A stretch of DNA of 64,000 bases, taken from assembly GCA_937915175.1 (NCBI GenBank), contig CALDNA010000057.1, positions 3,328 to 67,327 of the forward strand, given 5' to 3'. Of the stretch, positions 37,578-47,600 are shown one piece after another. Numbering within the stretch: position 1 is the first letter of the stretch; each line of letters starts with the position of its first letter. The DNA comes from an uncultured euryarchaeote. GTDB taxonomy: Archaea; Thermoplasmatota; Poseidoniia; Poseidoniales; Poseidoniaceae. The notes under the pieces are model-generated. The model did no database searches and was not told the origin of the DNA. It saw only the letters and a list, made by a program, of their open reading frames with translations. The translations under genes and the position numbers were made by a program.

Positions 37578-37585
37578 GGAGGGTG
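37578..37585 (+). promoter_or_regulatory. Shine-Dalgarno-like GGAGGGTG, 9 nt upstream of the ATG at 37595
   Basis: Purine-rich match to the anti-SD complement (GGAGGTG-type), positioned appropriately for a ribosome-binding site. Confidence 0.4.
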
Positions 37586-37594
37586 TGAATCTTT

Positions 37595-37924
37595 ATGACC
37601 GCTGTACGAGTGGGCGGAATGACCCCTACGGGGTCAGTTCGGGTGAACCTCATGACAAACGCAACAAGTCTGCCAGATGTAACCGTTGGAACCGGCGAAC
37701 CGGCTTCCAGTCGTATTCTTTTGACCCTCTTCGCAGTTGGCGTTATTGGCCTGCTTGCGTTGTTCTCAAACGTCTTCGGTTGGGACAACATTCCATTGCT
37801 CGGGGAATTGGTCCCATTGATTGGGAATCTTGGCGGCAGCGGTATCTGGTACTATCTCATCGGACTTTTGATTGGTCTGGGTGCTATTGTAGCATCGCTT
37901 CTTGCAGAGGTAATCGTCGATTAG
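37595..37924 (+). CDS. Small membrane protein (2 TM helices)
   Basis: SRILLTLFAVGVIGLLALFSNVF and IWYYLIGLLIGLGAIVASLLAEVIV. It has an SD-like element upstream and its stop lies 12 nt before the next gene. Confidence 0.55.
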   Translation: MTAVRVGGMTPTGSVRVNLMTNATSLPDVTVGTGEPASSRILLTLFAVGVIGLLALFSNVFGWDNIPLLGELVPLIGNLGGSGIWYYLIGLLIGLGAIVASLLAEVIVD

Positions 37925-37930
37925 GAGGTG
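37923..37930 (+). promoter_or_regulatory. Strong Shine-Dalgarno-like AGGAGGTG, 6 nt upstream of the ATG at 37937
   Basis: AGGAGGTGtgatgcATG. It overlaps the stop codon of the upstream small gene, which suggests coupled translation. Confidence 0.5.
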
Positions 37931-37936
37931 TGATGC

Positions 37937-39916
37937 ATGGAAACAATTTTCATTACATCCGGCCTTTTGGTCGCCGCTCTCCTTCTCACCGCAAACTACC
38001 TTGTCAAGGGCGTTGGTGGCATGAGTGCCCCATTGCAACAAATCGGTATGTTCCTGCTCAACAAAGCACCCGCTGGCATCATTGATCTGTTCAGCGACGA
38101 GGCTGGAAGTGGCAGCAAGACTTGGATCCGGTTCGGTATGTTCTGGTTTTTGTTTGCGGCAATCTCGAGTTTCCTCGGTCTGTGGCACAGTTATGATCCA
38201 AACGCTTTGAACTCCTTGGCAAGCATTGGCTGGTCGTATGATGATGGCTCAATGCTAACGGATTACACCAATGTATTCTTCATGACCGCCCTCAATTACA
38301 TGTTGATCGGTGGCGCACTTGTTGCAGTTTCTCGCACAGCTAAAGGACGACTTGCAAGCGAGAAGAGCGCCTCCATGGTTGCTCTGCTGTTGACCGTGTC
38401 AACCGCAGCCTACCTTTTCCTTCCCGTCTTGCTCTCCTTTGTGAACCTCAACAACGAAGCGGGCTTGATTGAGACCGTCACCAACGTATCCTCCCTCGTT
38501 CTTGCCGGTCTGCTCCACGCAGCGATTCTGATCAACATCCTGATCACCATTGCGAACCGAGCATCCGACAACCTCTCTCCAACAACATGGTTCCTTGTGC
38601 TTGCGCTTGTCGCTAAGATCCTCGCTGGGTTCTTGGCCTTCATCGGCGAGCTTGCTGACTCCACACAAACCGTGTGGATGGCCGAGCATGTTCTGACCGG
38701 CTGGGTTCCATTGGCCCTGATTTTTGGTCTTGCATACCATATCATCCCATACACTACAGGCACTCCAATCTGGTCCGAATCCATGCTCAAAGTCAACATG
38801 GTTTTGCTGTTTGTTACCGTACCTCCGTTCTACATGACTGCGGCAACCAGCGCTGAGTTCCTTCAAAACGTTGGAGCAATTTTGCTAACGCTTGGCATGC
38901 TCCCACTCTTCGCAGGGTCGTTCAACTTGCTGATCACCGCCAAGTCGAACGCAGCAGCCATCGTCAAGAGCCCCGGTGCTTTTGCAGCAACAGCGGCTAT
39001 GCTTGTCTTGCCTTTGTTCACAGTTGGTGGCTACTTCACCGGCATGGACGTGTTTGTGGGGCTCGGCAATCTTGGAACGATGGCTCAAACCGTCGATCAA
39101 GGGTTCATGTACACCGTTGGCGGCTTAATGATGCTCGCTAGCGTCTTCACAGCCTATCCTCTTGCAGCACGCAAGCAACTGGCTAACGCCTCCAACGCTC
39201 AACTTGCAGTCTGGTTCACATTGATTGGTGGCTTGACCTCGACGATCATTCGTTTGATGGGCAACTTCACCGACCAAGCCGTTCTCAACTCGGGGGTCGA
39301 AGACGCCGTTTCCTCTTCTGGTGGCTTCCTCTTGGTTTCCTCCGCAATGTTCTACCTGTGTGCACTGGCAACCGTTATGGCTGCTCAAATCATGATTCGA
39401 ACTGGTACACGCGGTAACCGCGATTCTGTGGAAACCGAAGCGGTGAGCGACATCGATGCCTACACCCTCGGCAAGGGTTCAACCACCATCCGAACCCTCT
39501 TGGGACGCGGCGTTGGAATTGACACTCAACTTCACATCGGGGAGACTGAAGAAGAAGCAGGCCCAACCATCATTTCCGTAGGCGCTCACTTGCACAACGA
39601 AGAAGTGACTGAGTTCCCAGAAGCTTCCACAGCCCCTCCAGAAGAATTAGTTATGCTTGCCGAATACCTCATGAAATCCGATCAGTCGATTTTCCAATTC
39701 TTCCAGTCCATTGATTTGGATGACTCGGGCACCGTGGATGGATATGAGTTCCAAAAAGCGCTCAAGAATGCAGACATCGCCAACCTCCCACCTTGGGAGA
39801 TGGGCGCACTGCTTGAAGCCGTAGATTTGGACGGCGATGGTAAAATTAACCTGCCAGAACTTGATATTGCTTTGACCAAAATTCGCAGCAGCCAAGCAAC
39901 TTCCGAAGAAGAGTGA
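37937..39916 (+). CDS. Polytopic (about 13 TM) membrane protein with a C-terminal pair of canonical EF-hands
   Basis: There are thirteen hydrophobic segments. Helix 7, WMAEHVLTGWVPLALIFGLAYHIIPYTTGTPIW, is faintly reminiscent of heme-copper oxidase subunit I helix VI/VII, but the HH CuB ligands are absent. The C-terminus carries DLDDSGTVDGYE and DLDGDGKINLPE. Confidence 0.75.
   Translation: METIFITSGLLVAALLLTANYLVKGVGGMSAPLQQIGMFLLNKAPAGIIDLFSDEAGSGSKTWIRFGMFWFLFAAISSFLGLWHSYDPNALNSLASIGWSYDDGSMLTDYTNVFFMTALNYMLIGGALVAVSRTAKGRLASEKSASMVALLLTVSTAAYLFLPVLLSFVNLNNEAGLIETVTNVSSLVLAGLLHAAILINILITIANRASDNLSPTTWFLVLALVAKILAGFLAFIGELADSTQTVWMAEHVLTGWVPLALIFGLAYHIIPYTTGTPIWSESMLKVNMVLLFVTVPPFYMTAATSAEFLQNVGAILLTLGMLPLFAGSFNLLITAKSNAAAIVKSPGAFAATAAMLVLPLFTVGGYFTGMDVFVGLGNLGTMAQTVDQGFMYTVGGLMMLASVFTAYPLAARKQLANASNAQLAVWFTLIGGLTSTIIRLMGNFTDQAVLNSGVEDAVSSSGGFLLVSSAMFYLCALATVMAAQIMIRTGTRGNRDSVETEAVSDIDAYTLGKGSTTIRTLLGRGVGIDTQLHIGETEEEAGPTIISVGAHLHNEEVTEFPEASTAPPEELVMLAEYLMKSDQSIFQFFQSIDLDDSGTVDGYEFQKALKNADIANLPPWEMGALLEAVDLDGDGKINLPELDIALTKIRSSQATSEEE
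39713..39859 (+). other. EF-hand pair (two 12-residue Ca-binding loops) inside the preceding CDS
   Basis: Loop 1 DLDDSGTVDGYE (39713-39748) and loop 2 DLDGDGKINLPE (39824-39859). Both satisfy the D-x-[DN]-x-[DS]-G...E consensus at positions 1, 3, 5, 6 and 12. Confidence 0.8.
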
Positions 39917-41223
39917 AACCATCAACGGGAGTGAACAAGGTGCGAATTGGCCTTGTTGGCAAACCGAATGTTGGCAAGTCTACCTTCTTCAGCGCAGCAA
40001 CACTGGCCAAAGTTGACATCGCAAACTATCCGTTTTGCACCATTGAGCCAAACGTAGGTGTCGCCTTTGTCGCAGCCCGTATGGCTTGCCCGTGCAAGGA
40101 TATTCGAACAAAATTAGAATCGGAAGGCAGGCTCGAACCTGTTACAGAAGACGATCCTCGACAGGGAAGTTTGTGTGAACCAAGAACCGGATCATGCATC
40201 GGCCATCGCCGCCTCGTGCCCTGTTTCTTAGTTGATATTGCAGGACTTGTGCCCGGAGCCAGCGAAGGGCGGGGGCGTGGAAATGCCTTCCTCGCGGATC
40301 TGGCCAATTGCAACGCACTGATTCAGGTGGTCGATGCAGCAGGGAGTACTGACTTGGAAGGTAACCCTCAAGGGTTGAACCAGCCAGCAGAACTCGCTCG
40401 TTCACGGGTTAACGAAGAGATTGAATTCCTTGGTGTTGAACTCGATGCCTGGATTGCTGGATTGCTGGCAGATGGATGGACTCGAGGGGTCCGCCGCGTG
40501 CAGGCAGAAGGCGACAAAGGGTTGGTTTCGTACATCCATGAACGCCTCACAGGACTCGGGGCCACCCTCAATTTAGTTGGTGCCTCCTATGAGGCATTCC
40601 GCGTTGAACACACCGACCTTGGCGCACCCTGGGATTGGAATGAATCTGTTCTTTCTCATTTGGCCGTTCATCTTCGCAAGGCGCTGTTCCCTATACATAT
40701 TGCAGCAAACAAGTTTGATGTCGCTCCGGATGGCGTTTTAGACGGTGTGGTTGCAAACGGGTGCATCGTGCCGTGCATGGCTGATGTGGAATTGGGTCTC
40801 CGCCGTGCGGCAGGAGCAGACTTGATTGGCTATGTTTCAGGTTCTAGCGACTTTGTATTTACAGACGCTTCACTGTTGAATGAAGCCCAAATGAAAGCCC
40901 TCGTCCATATGAAAGAGCGACTTGCGGCAAATCAAGGAACAGGTGTTTCAGCCGTGTTGGACACGGTCTTGTTCGATGAGTTGGATCACATTGTGGTCTA
41001 TCCGGTTCAAGATGAAGCACGTTGGACCGATGGCGATGGAAAGGTTCTGCCTGATGCATTCGTCGTTCCCGCAAACATTCATGCCAAAACACTCGCTTAC
41101 AAAGTTCACAGCGATCTTGGTGACGGGTTCATCAGAGGTGTTGACGGACGAAGCCGACGCGTTGTGGGTTCTGATCACGAGCTGCAAGACGGTGATGTCT
41201 TGAAGATTCACGCTAAGTCTTGA
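39913..41223 (+). CDS. Obg-like (YchF/Ygr210-related) GTPase with a C-terminal TGS domain
   Basis: G1 GLVGKPNVGKSTFF, G3 DIAGLVPGAS, G4 AANKFD and a C-terminal TGS-like DGDVLKIHAK. The GTG at 39913 overlaps the upstream stop (GTGA); alternative GTGs lie at 39931 and 39940. Confidence 0.8.
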   Translation: MKPSTGVNKVRIGLVGKPNVGKSTFFSAATLAKVDIANYPFCTIEPNVGVAFVAARMACPCKDIRTKLESEGRLEPVTEDDPRQGSLCEPRTGSCIGHRRLVPCFLVDIAGLVPGASEGRGRGNAFLADLANCNALIQVVDAAGSTDLEGNPQGLNQPAELARSRVNEEIEFLGVELDAWIAGLLADGWTRGVRRVQAEGDKGLVSYIHERLTGLGATLNLVGASYEAFRVEHTDLGAPWDWNESVLSHLAVHLRKALFPIHIAANKFDVAPDGVLDGVVANGCIVPCMADVELGLRRAAGADLIGYVSGSSDFVFTDASLLNEAQMKALVHMKERLAANQGTGVSAVLDTVLFDELDHIVVYPVQDEARWTDGDGKVLPDAFVVPANIHAKTLAYKVHSDLGDGFIRGVDGRSRRVVGSDHELQDGDVLKIHAKS

Positions 41224-41610
41224 TCAGTGGCCTTTAGGACGCTCGTATGGCGGCGTAAGGCGTGCTAAATCGCCGGAGTATTGTCCACCGCGATAGATGA
41301 ACCATACCGGTGTGAGCAGGGTCATGGCGAGCAAAACCAAGAGGAAGTACAATCCCCATGGCTGGACATCCCTGAGGACCATGATCCAAAGAGTCCAGAG
41401 CAATGGGATGTATAGGAAAATACTGTACCTTCGAGCAATGGTTTGCAGACGAGCACTCCCCAGACCGCTGTCAAACATGTTTGCAGCGTCCTCTTTAGAG
41501 ACAAGTCCCTGTTCGACACCGCACCGAACGCACATCTGTGTCATTGGTCCATTTCCATGGATGAATTGTTCCCGTGGGTAGGTGCTTGAGCAATGACGGC
41601 AGGTTGGCAT
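41224..41610 (-). CDS. Small zinc-ribbon membrane protein (CxxC...CxxC plus 2 TM)
   Basis: The CRHC...CVRCG N-terminus is followed by YSIFLYIPLLWTLWIMVL and GLYFLLVLLAMTLLTPVWFIY. Confidence 0.55.
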   Translation of the reverse strand: MPTCRHCSSTYPREQFIHGNGPMTQMCVRCGVEQGLVSKEDAANMFDSGLGSARLQTIARRYSIFLYIPLLWTLWIMVLRDVQPWGLYFLLVLLAMTLLTPVWFIYRGGQYSGDLARLTPPYERPKGH

Positions 41611-41647
41611 GGTCTTCCCTCAAGGTGTTCCAAATGCTCACGATTCT

Positions 41648-43903
41648 TCAAGCATCCGCTCTCATCTTGAGAAAATTACTCAAGACATCGATTCCATTTT
41701 CAGAGCCTACGGATTCTGGGTGGAACTGAACACCGAACACAAGGGCTTGCTTATGGCGCAGCCCCATGACATCACCCGTTGCTTCCAGACGGCTTGTTTC
41801 AACAAGGTCTGAGCCATTTACTGCAGCCAGAATTAACGAATTATACAGCGCAAATGGCTGCGGTGAGGCTAAGTTTTCGAATAAGCCCAGGCCATCATGA
41901 GCAACCAAGCGAGGCGAACCATGAACCGGCCCTGAAGGGGTTTGGATGAGATCCATGCCAGCAGCCACACCGATCGCTTGGTGGCCAAGGCAGATCCCCA
42001 GCAATGGAATGTCAAGTTCACCGCTCAATGCCTTTCGTGCAAACTCCATTGTTAGTGGCGAGTCATCAGGGGTGCCGGGCCCCGGTCCGAGAATTATGTG
42101 CGTGGGTTTTAGTCGCTCAAGAAGAGAGACCAGCACGCCCATTGGGGAACTTTGGTGTTCAGCAGGTGTTCGTGCTCGATGAACCACGACGGTGTGGCCA
42201 AGTCCAGCCACTGCATGAGCGATGTTTTGTGTGAATGAATCAAGGTTGTCAATCAGCAGAACACAGCCTTCGGTGGTCAACTCTTGATGATCGGAAATTA
42301 TTGTTCCCGGATCAAATGCTCTGGGAGTCGTTTCTGGCTCGAGGTTGTGAATTTCTAAAGCACCTTGAGGGAGCTGTTTTCCCTCATCGGCAGCCCATCC
42401 ACACGCCTTACGAAGTGCGGCTGCTTTCCATTTTGCTTCTTCAACTTCATCGCTGGGGTTCGACCCAATGGTGATCCCACCGCCTGCTGCAACAGCGCCA
42501 AACCACTGCTTTTTGTCTCTTTGAGCGATGAGCGTTCGAATGAGAATGTTCCAAGCGCTTGCGCCCGAATGTGAATCAAACCATCCAATGGATCCCGTCC
42601 AAAAAGAGCGAGGTCGTTTTTCGAGTTCATCAATCGTAGCGCAAACAACAGTACGCGGGCACCCAGTGATGCTGCCTCCTGGAAACACCGCCTGCAACGC
42701 GTCAAGGGAGGTCACGCCTTCCTCCAAATCACCAGCCACCTGTGAAACAAGGTGCTGAACATTGGCATAGGCCTCGACGTCAAAGCGTTCCACTTGAACA
42801 CCCCCAACCGCACACACCGACCCTAAATCGTTGCGCATAAGGTCGACAAGCATCCGGTGTTCTGCTCTTTCCTTCTCATCGTTCAGCAGATCAAGGCGAA
42901 GCGCCAGTTCTTCATCGGCGTTCACCCCACGCGGGCGAGTTCCTTTGATTGGAGCGGTTGTCAACCTTGTTCCATCGGATGTAAGCAAGGATTCTGGCGA
43001 TGAACTCACCAAGGAAAAGCCAAGGTCTTCAGCGTGAAGGTAGGCAGAAAATGGAGCGGGATTTGACTGGCATAGGCGTTGAAAAACTTCAGAGGGGTGC
43101 TGATCGAGCAAACCTTCCCACCACCTTCCTAAGTTGACTTGATACACTTGGCCGGCAGCAATGCTGTCACGAATAATCTCTACCCCATGTTCGTGCACTT
43201 CATCCGTCATGCTCGATGATTCAGGATGAGGGTTTGTGTGACTCAATTCAATTTCAGCAAGTGCAGGAGCCGCTTCCAATTGCTCAAACCTGTCTGCCCA
43301 GTCATCCCCTGGAAGCGCGAAAGCCTGAACCTCACCCGAGGATTTGGTTTCAGACACAAACCGTTCAACCAGCCAAAGAACGGCCAAGAGGGCTCCTTCT
43401 TGAGGCGGATGCTGCAAAGCGATTGGCTGGGTCCATTGCAGCAAATCATAGGCCAGGCTTCCTGACCAGAACGGTCGCTGAGGCATGCCTTCTGGGGGTT
43501 GGTTTGAGAAGGGAGTCGGTTCACAAAACGCTTTCAATTTTCCAAGCAGACCAGACAGAGTTTCATCAAATATTGAGGTTGCATGATACCAACAGCCATG
43601 CTTCCATTCTTCAATACGCCCGACAAGTTGTGTTGGCTGCACAACCAGTTGAATCTCGCCTTGGCTTGGGCGATGCGGTGGTGCGGGCTCGATGGTGGGT
43701 TGTCGGACAATGAAGCGTCTTCGAGATGGGCCACAGAGGATCGAATGCTTCGAAAGGTGTGAAGCAGGCCCTCCCGAAAGCAGGAGCAGTTCATCTGGCC
43801 CGCCGTACTTGAAAGCAGAAGAGCCCAATAAACCTGAACGCTTGAGGTGGGCAACGAGGGAGAGCATGCTGTCTTCTATGGTCACGCCCCCACATGAGTC
43901 CAA
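41648..43903 (-). CDS. pabAB: Aminodeoxychorismate synthase, fused component I (PabB-like) and glutamine amidotransferase (PabA-like)
   Basis: Chorismate-binding motifs are PFSAY, FPGGSITGCPR, RSFWTGSIGWF and IRT. The C-terminal GATase has GICLGHQ and GVQFHPES. It is assigned to Pab rather than Trp because of the adjacent class-IV (ADC-lyase-like) gene. Start is TTG at 43903 or ATG at 43867. Confidence 0.75.
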   Translation of the reverse strand: MDSCGGVTIEDSMLSLVAHLKRSGLLGSSAFKYGGPDELLLLSGGPASHLSKHSILCGPSRRRFIVRQPTIEPAPPHRPSQGEIQLVVQPTQLVGRIEEWKHGCWYHATSIFDETLSGLLGKLKAFCEPTPFSNQPPEGMPQRPFWSGSLAYDLLQWTQPIALQHPPQEGALLAVLWLVERFVSETKSSGEVQAFALPGDDWADRFEQLEAAPALAEIELSHTNPHPESSSMTDEVHEHGVEIIRDSIAAGQVYQVNLGRWWEGLLDQHPSEVFQRLCQSNPAPFSAYLHAEDLGFSLVSSSPESLLTSDGTRLTTAPIKGTRPRGVNADEELALRLDLLNDEKERAEHRMLVDLMRNDLGSVCAVGGVQVERFDVEAYANVQHLVSQVAGDLEEGVTSLDALQAVFPGGSITGCPRTVVCATIDELEKRPRSFWTGSIGWFDSHSGASAWNILIRTLIAQRDKKQWFGAVAAGGGITIGSNPSDEVEEAKWKAAALRKACGWAADEGKQLPQGALEIHNLEPETTPRAFDPGTIISDHQELTTEGCVLLIDNLDSFTQNIAHAVAGLGHTVVVHRARTPAEHQSSPMGVLVSLLERLKPTHIILGPGPGTPDDSPLTMEFARKALSGELDIPLLGICLGHQAIGVAAGMDLIQTPSGPVHGSPRLVAHDGLGLFENLASPQPFALYNSLILAAVNGSDLVETSRLEATGDVMGLRHKQALVFGVQFHPESVGSENGIDVLSNFLKMRADA

Positions 43904-44664
43904 GCGTTCTTGGTTTCATAATGTTGGGTCAGCAACGTCTGGCATTTTTCTGAAAACTCGTGATTTGAACCAACGGGTTCGCCATCAATCGATTCAATTC
44001 GAGAGGCACCAATGCCGCTGCCGAGAGCAACTACTTCCAACGCTCGGGCAACGAGGCGTTCATTCAATCGTCCTCGATGAACAGGAACACCCGCTTGTTC
44101 CAACAGTGGAGCGAGCAGTTCCGCCGTGATTCCCATAACGCCGCCTTCAGCGGGTGCAGCGAGCCAAGCCGTGCCATCTTCATCAATCACAAGCGGTGTG
44201 GCTCGATCGCCATCCACGAGTGCGTAATCATGAACCATGAGCGCTAAATCAGCTCCCTTTGTATCTGCGTGCTGCATTGCGTCAACATAGGGACTCCAAT
44301 CACCGTGCTTGGTGCCGTTGATTTTCGGTGACCATCGGGGCGCTGGAACCGTCACGGCCTCAATCCCTTCATTTCTCAAGATGAAGGGGCGTGCTTCGAG
44401 TGAAATATCGCCGGCACGCGTCAGTTCTAATCGGATTAAACCGGAAGGTGTTCGAACAGTATCCCCTTCTCGTGTTCCAATGCCTTTCTCCCACTCCCTG
44501 TTGATTTCACTCATCATGTGCTTAGGCCAAGCAATTCTCAGGCGTTGAGCATGGGCCTCCATCCTGTCAAGATGGGCCTTGAGATCAGCCAGATGAGAAC
44601 CACCGTCCCATACCACCGTCGTGAAGACGGCGTTTCTCGGACTAGGTGTGCTGTCTTTCTCCAT
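43882..44664 (-). CDS. pabC: Class IV aminotransferase-fold protein, probable aminodeoxychorismate lyase
   Basis: FTTVVWDGG...HLDRMEAHAQRLRI and the overall size and pattern fit ADC lyase/BCAT fold IV. It is immediately upstream of, and overlaps, the pabB-pabA fusion. Confidence 0.6.
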   Translation of the reverse strand: MEKDSTPSPRNAVFTTVVWDGGSHLADLKAHLDRMEAHAQRLRIAWPKHMMSEINREWEKGIGTREGDTVRTPSGLIRLELTRAGDISLEARPFILRNEGIEAVTVPAPRWSPKINGTKHGDWSPYVDAMQHADTKGADLALMVHDYALVDGDRATPLVIDEDGTAWLAAPAEGGVMGITAELLAPLLEQAGVPVHRGRLNERLVARALEVVALGSGIGASRIESIDGEPVGSNHEFSEKCQTLLTQHYETKNAWTHVGA

Positions 44665-44673
44665 TGTCCGTCC

Positions 44674-47600
44674 TCAAAGCAAGTCATCCAAAAAGGATGT
44701 GTCAATGGCGTTCGAAGGTTGCGTTGGTGTTGTACCAATGCCAAGATCGCTCATCAAGTCGTTGTTTTGGGCAGGTTGCATAACAGGTTGTGAAGGTTGG
44801 TAGGCAGGCCTTCCATAGATGTCCTGATTTGCTTGTGGCGCATACAGGTTTTCGGCTTGACCAGCAGGTTGTGCGGGCGCAGCAGGAGCGGCCTGTTGTG
44901 GAGCAGCAGCAGGGGATGCAGCAGGCGGCGCAGCAGCATCGCCCCAACCCTGATCGTCTTGAATGCCCCATGTTGCCTCTTGAAGTTCCCAAGACTTCGA
45001 GCGATTCCGTTGTGTGCCTCTCGTTCGGACCACCGCAACAAAGAGAATGATCGCTGTGAGGAACAAGCCAGCAGCCAAGAGGTTAGGTGTGGTCAACAAC
45101 GAAGAGTAATCTACGCCTTCATCTGCTTGAACCAGATCTCCATCATCGCCTCCGTCAGCGCCGTAAGGAGCCAGCTTCACCGGGGTTAAGGCCTGTTTTT
45201 CGAACAACGAGTCTTGCGAGGTTACGCCGACGTACCATGCCGTAGCGTTCGTCAAATCTTCAAAGTTTTCCGAAGTGATCAAGAACGAGTTCGAGCTCTT
45301 AACATCGGCCACCCATATTGCTTCAAGCGTTGTCGAGTATTCTTCTTCTGCGATGTAAATCACATAGTTTTCAATGCTATCGTCGTCCGAAAGCGTCCAC
45401 GAAACGAGGATGCTTTGCTCATCCACCCATGTCAGCGTTACGCCGTTGACATCTGGGAGGTAATCGCCTTTCGCATCCACTCCATCGTCAACCGATTGAG
45501 CGGATACGGCCACCAGGTCGGTGGTGAATGCGTTTCCAGATGTGTCTCGAACCACAACCACAGCCCAGATTTCTTGGCCTGGAATAACCGGGGTGTCACC
45601 AGCCACCACATCGATAGAGAGTGGAAGCTGAGGGAATCGGTCAAGGGTCACAATCGGGGTGCTTGGGCCGAGTGTACCTACACCAACGCTTGTGAATGAC
45701 CAAGTGGCTGCATAGACTTCGTAGGTGCCGACATCGCTTGCGTCGCTGAGTTCGAAGTCAAGCAAGAGCGCACTGCCATCGTCTGCAGGACGGTCGTACA
45801 AATTGAGTGCCTCCAGTTCGAGGCGAACCGGTGGTTCGACATCCATTTCATTGTTCATTGGAATCACTGTTGCTTGTGTCAAATCTGTGAGGTGCACGTT
45901 TCCAGCAAAGTCGTGCACGGTGACTACAACATAGAGTTCCACATCTGGTTGAATTTGCTGAGGCGTTGCTTGCGTGATGCTCATCATGTTGCCTTCGCTT
46001 CCGTAAAGCGCTGTGGTGAGCGTGATCTCAATTGGATTGAATTCTTCATCCACCCATTGCTTGTTGACTTTCAAGCATCCACAGCGTTCCGGGTTCTCGC
46101 CAAATGCGGCCCATGCGGCTGAGAGGTCAGTGAGGGGCTGGTCGGCCGCCCATACGGTGTAATGGGAGAAATCATCAGCGTCTGAAATTGACCAGAGCAC
46201 ATCAACCGATGTGCCATCATCATCAGGATGATCAAAGGCTTGGACGTTTGAGATTCGTTCCGGGGTTGTACCGATTCCTGCAGTGTTTCGGAGCGGTGTG
46301 ACTTGAACGAGATCAACATCACCGAGGTTTGCGTTCAGCCAATCATCGTAAGCAACAACGCCGACATAGTATGCTTGTCCATCTTGCAATGCAACGCCAT
46401 CAATGCTGGTCAATGTGGTTGAAGTCTCTGCGCAGTCATCAATGATTTTCGCTTGGCTAAACTGATCGCCTTCAACCGAAGCAGATGGAATCGAATCGCC
46501 ATCAAATCCACCTGCAGATAGTCGAATGAAGATAGCATAGAAAGTGCAGTCTTCCGCAGGGTTCTCGTCCCATGAAATTGTGATTTGACCACCGTCGTCA
46601 TCAGGCGTATCAATTGCAGCCACATTTTCCATCTTTGGTGGAGCAGTGTTGTCATTGAGGCCACCTGTTGGAACAAATGGTCCAACGATTAAGGCGTTCA
46701 TGATGTCTTCTTGACCGGCTTCATCGACACAGGTTAATCCAAGCCAGTAGGGCTGGCCAGGTTCAAGGGAAAGCACAGTAGAATTACCTTCCATTCTCAT
46801 CACTTCTGCTTCGGGCGACAACCCTAACACGTCGGTCATTGGTTGAGTGGAGGTGTAGATGTTGGTTTGCGTCAAATCAAGGCTTGTGCAACGGGCCCAT
46901 TCGACATCAAGATCACCGTCTTCTCCACCTTCATGAGGCCCGGCTGTGGCCCAGATTGGAGGGAGAGGGACCTCATCGCTTGGCGAGGCAGGACCGAGGA
47001 TTTGTGAAGGGACACCGAGGCGCCCATCATCGTATTCGACAACAACCACAGCGTAGTATTCCACACCATCTACCAAGGTTACGCCGTTTGCTGTTGTAAC
47101 CTCGCTCGAGAGGCGACTGTGGAGTGAAATTGCTTTGTCTGCAGTCCGGGCGGTTAGATCTGCGTTTGTCAGCGGGGCGCCGTTCGTGTTGAACTGCCCT
47201 TCGTTGAGGTAGACGAGGTATCGAGCAAAGTCGTCATCGTGAACAAGACTCCAGTCTGCCATCAATGCGCCACCGCCGTCGTCAGGGCGGTCGATCAAAT
47301 CGGTCAGAACAATTGGAGTTTCAGTCTTCACATAGTCGTAGATCAAACGCACATGCATCGATCCGTTTGCTGGCGACCGTAAAGTGAGTTGAACGAATTG
47401 AGTTCCGTTGACAATCACGCCGTTGTCAACAGCGAGTTGCATTGTGGTTTCGAAATCTGGATTGTTGTTCAGTTCAATGGTTGCGTTGTACTTCAAGCTG
47501 ACAGATTTCGCCCATGTAGCTGCGTTGTTCACCGGAGAAGTGAACGCCAACGGCACCGTTTGGAACATGATTCCGTTTGTGCCTTCGACGCCGAACGTTG

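Noticed and set aside
37546-38188. ORFs 37546-38085 (+, 179 aa) and 37766-38188 (-, 140 aa) overlapping the small membrane gene and the EF-hand membrane gene
   Set aside because: These are alternative-frame or antisense readings of hydrophobic coding sequence. The chosen frames give clean TM helices and are preceded by SD-like elements.
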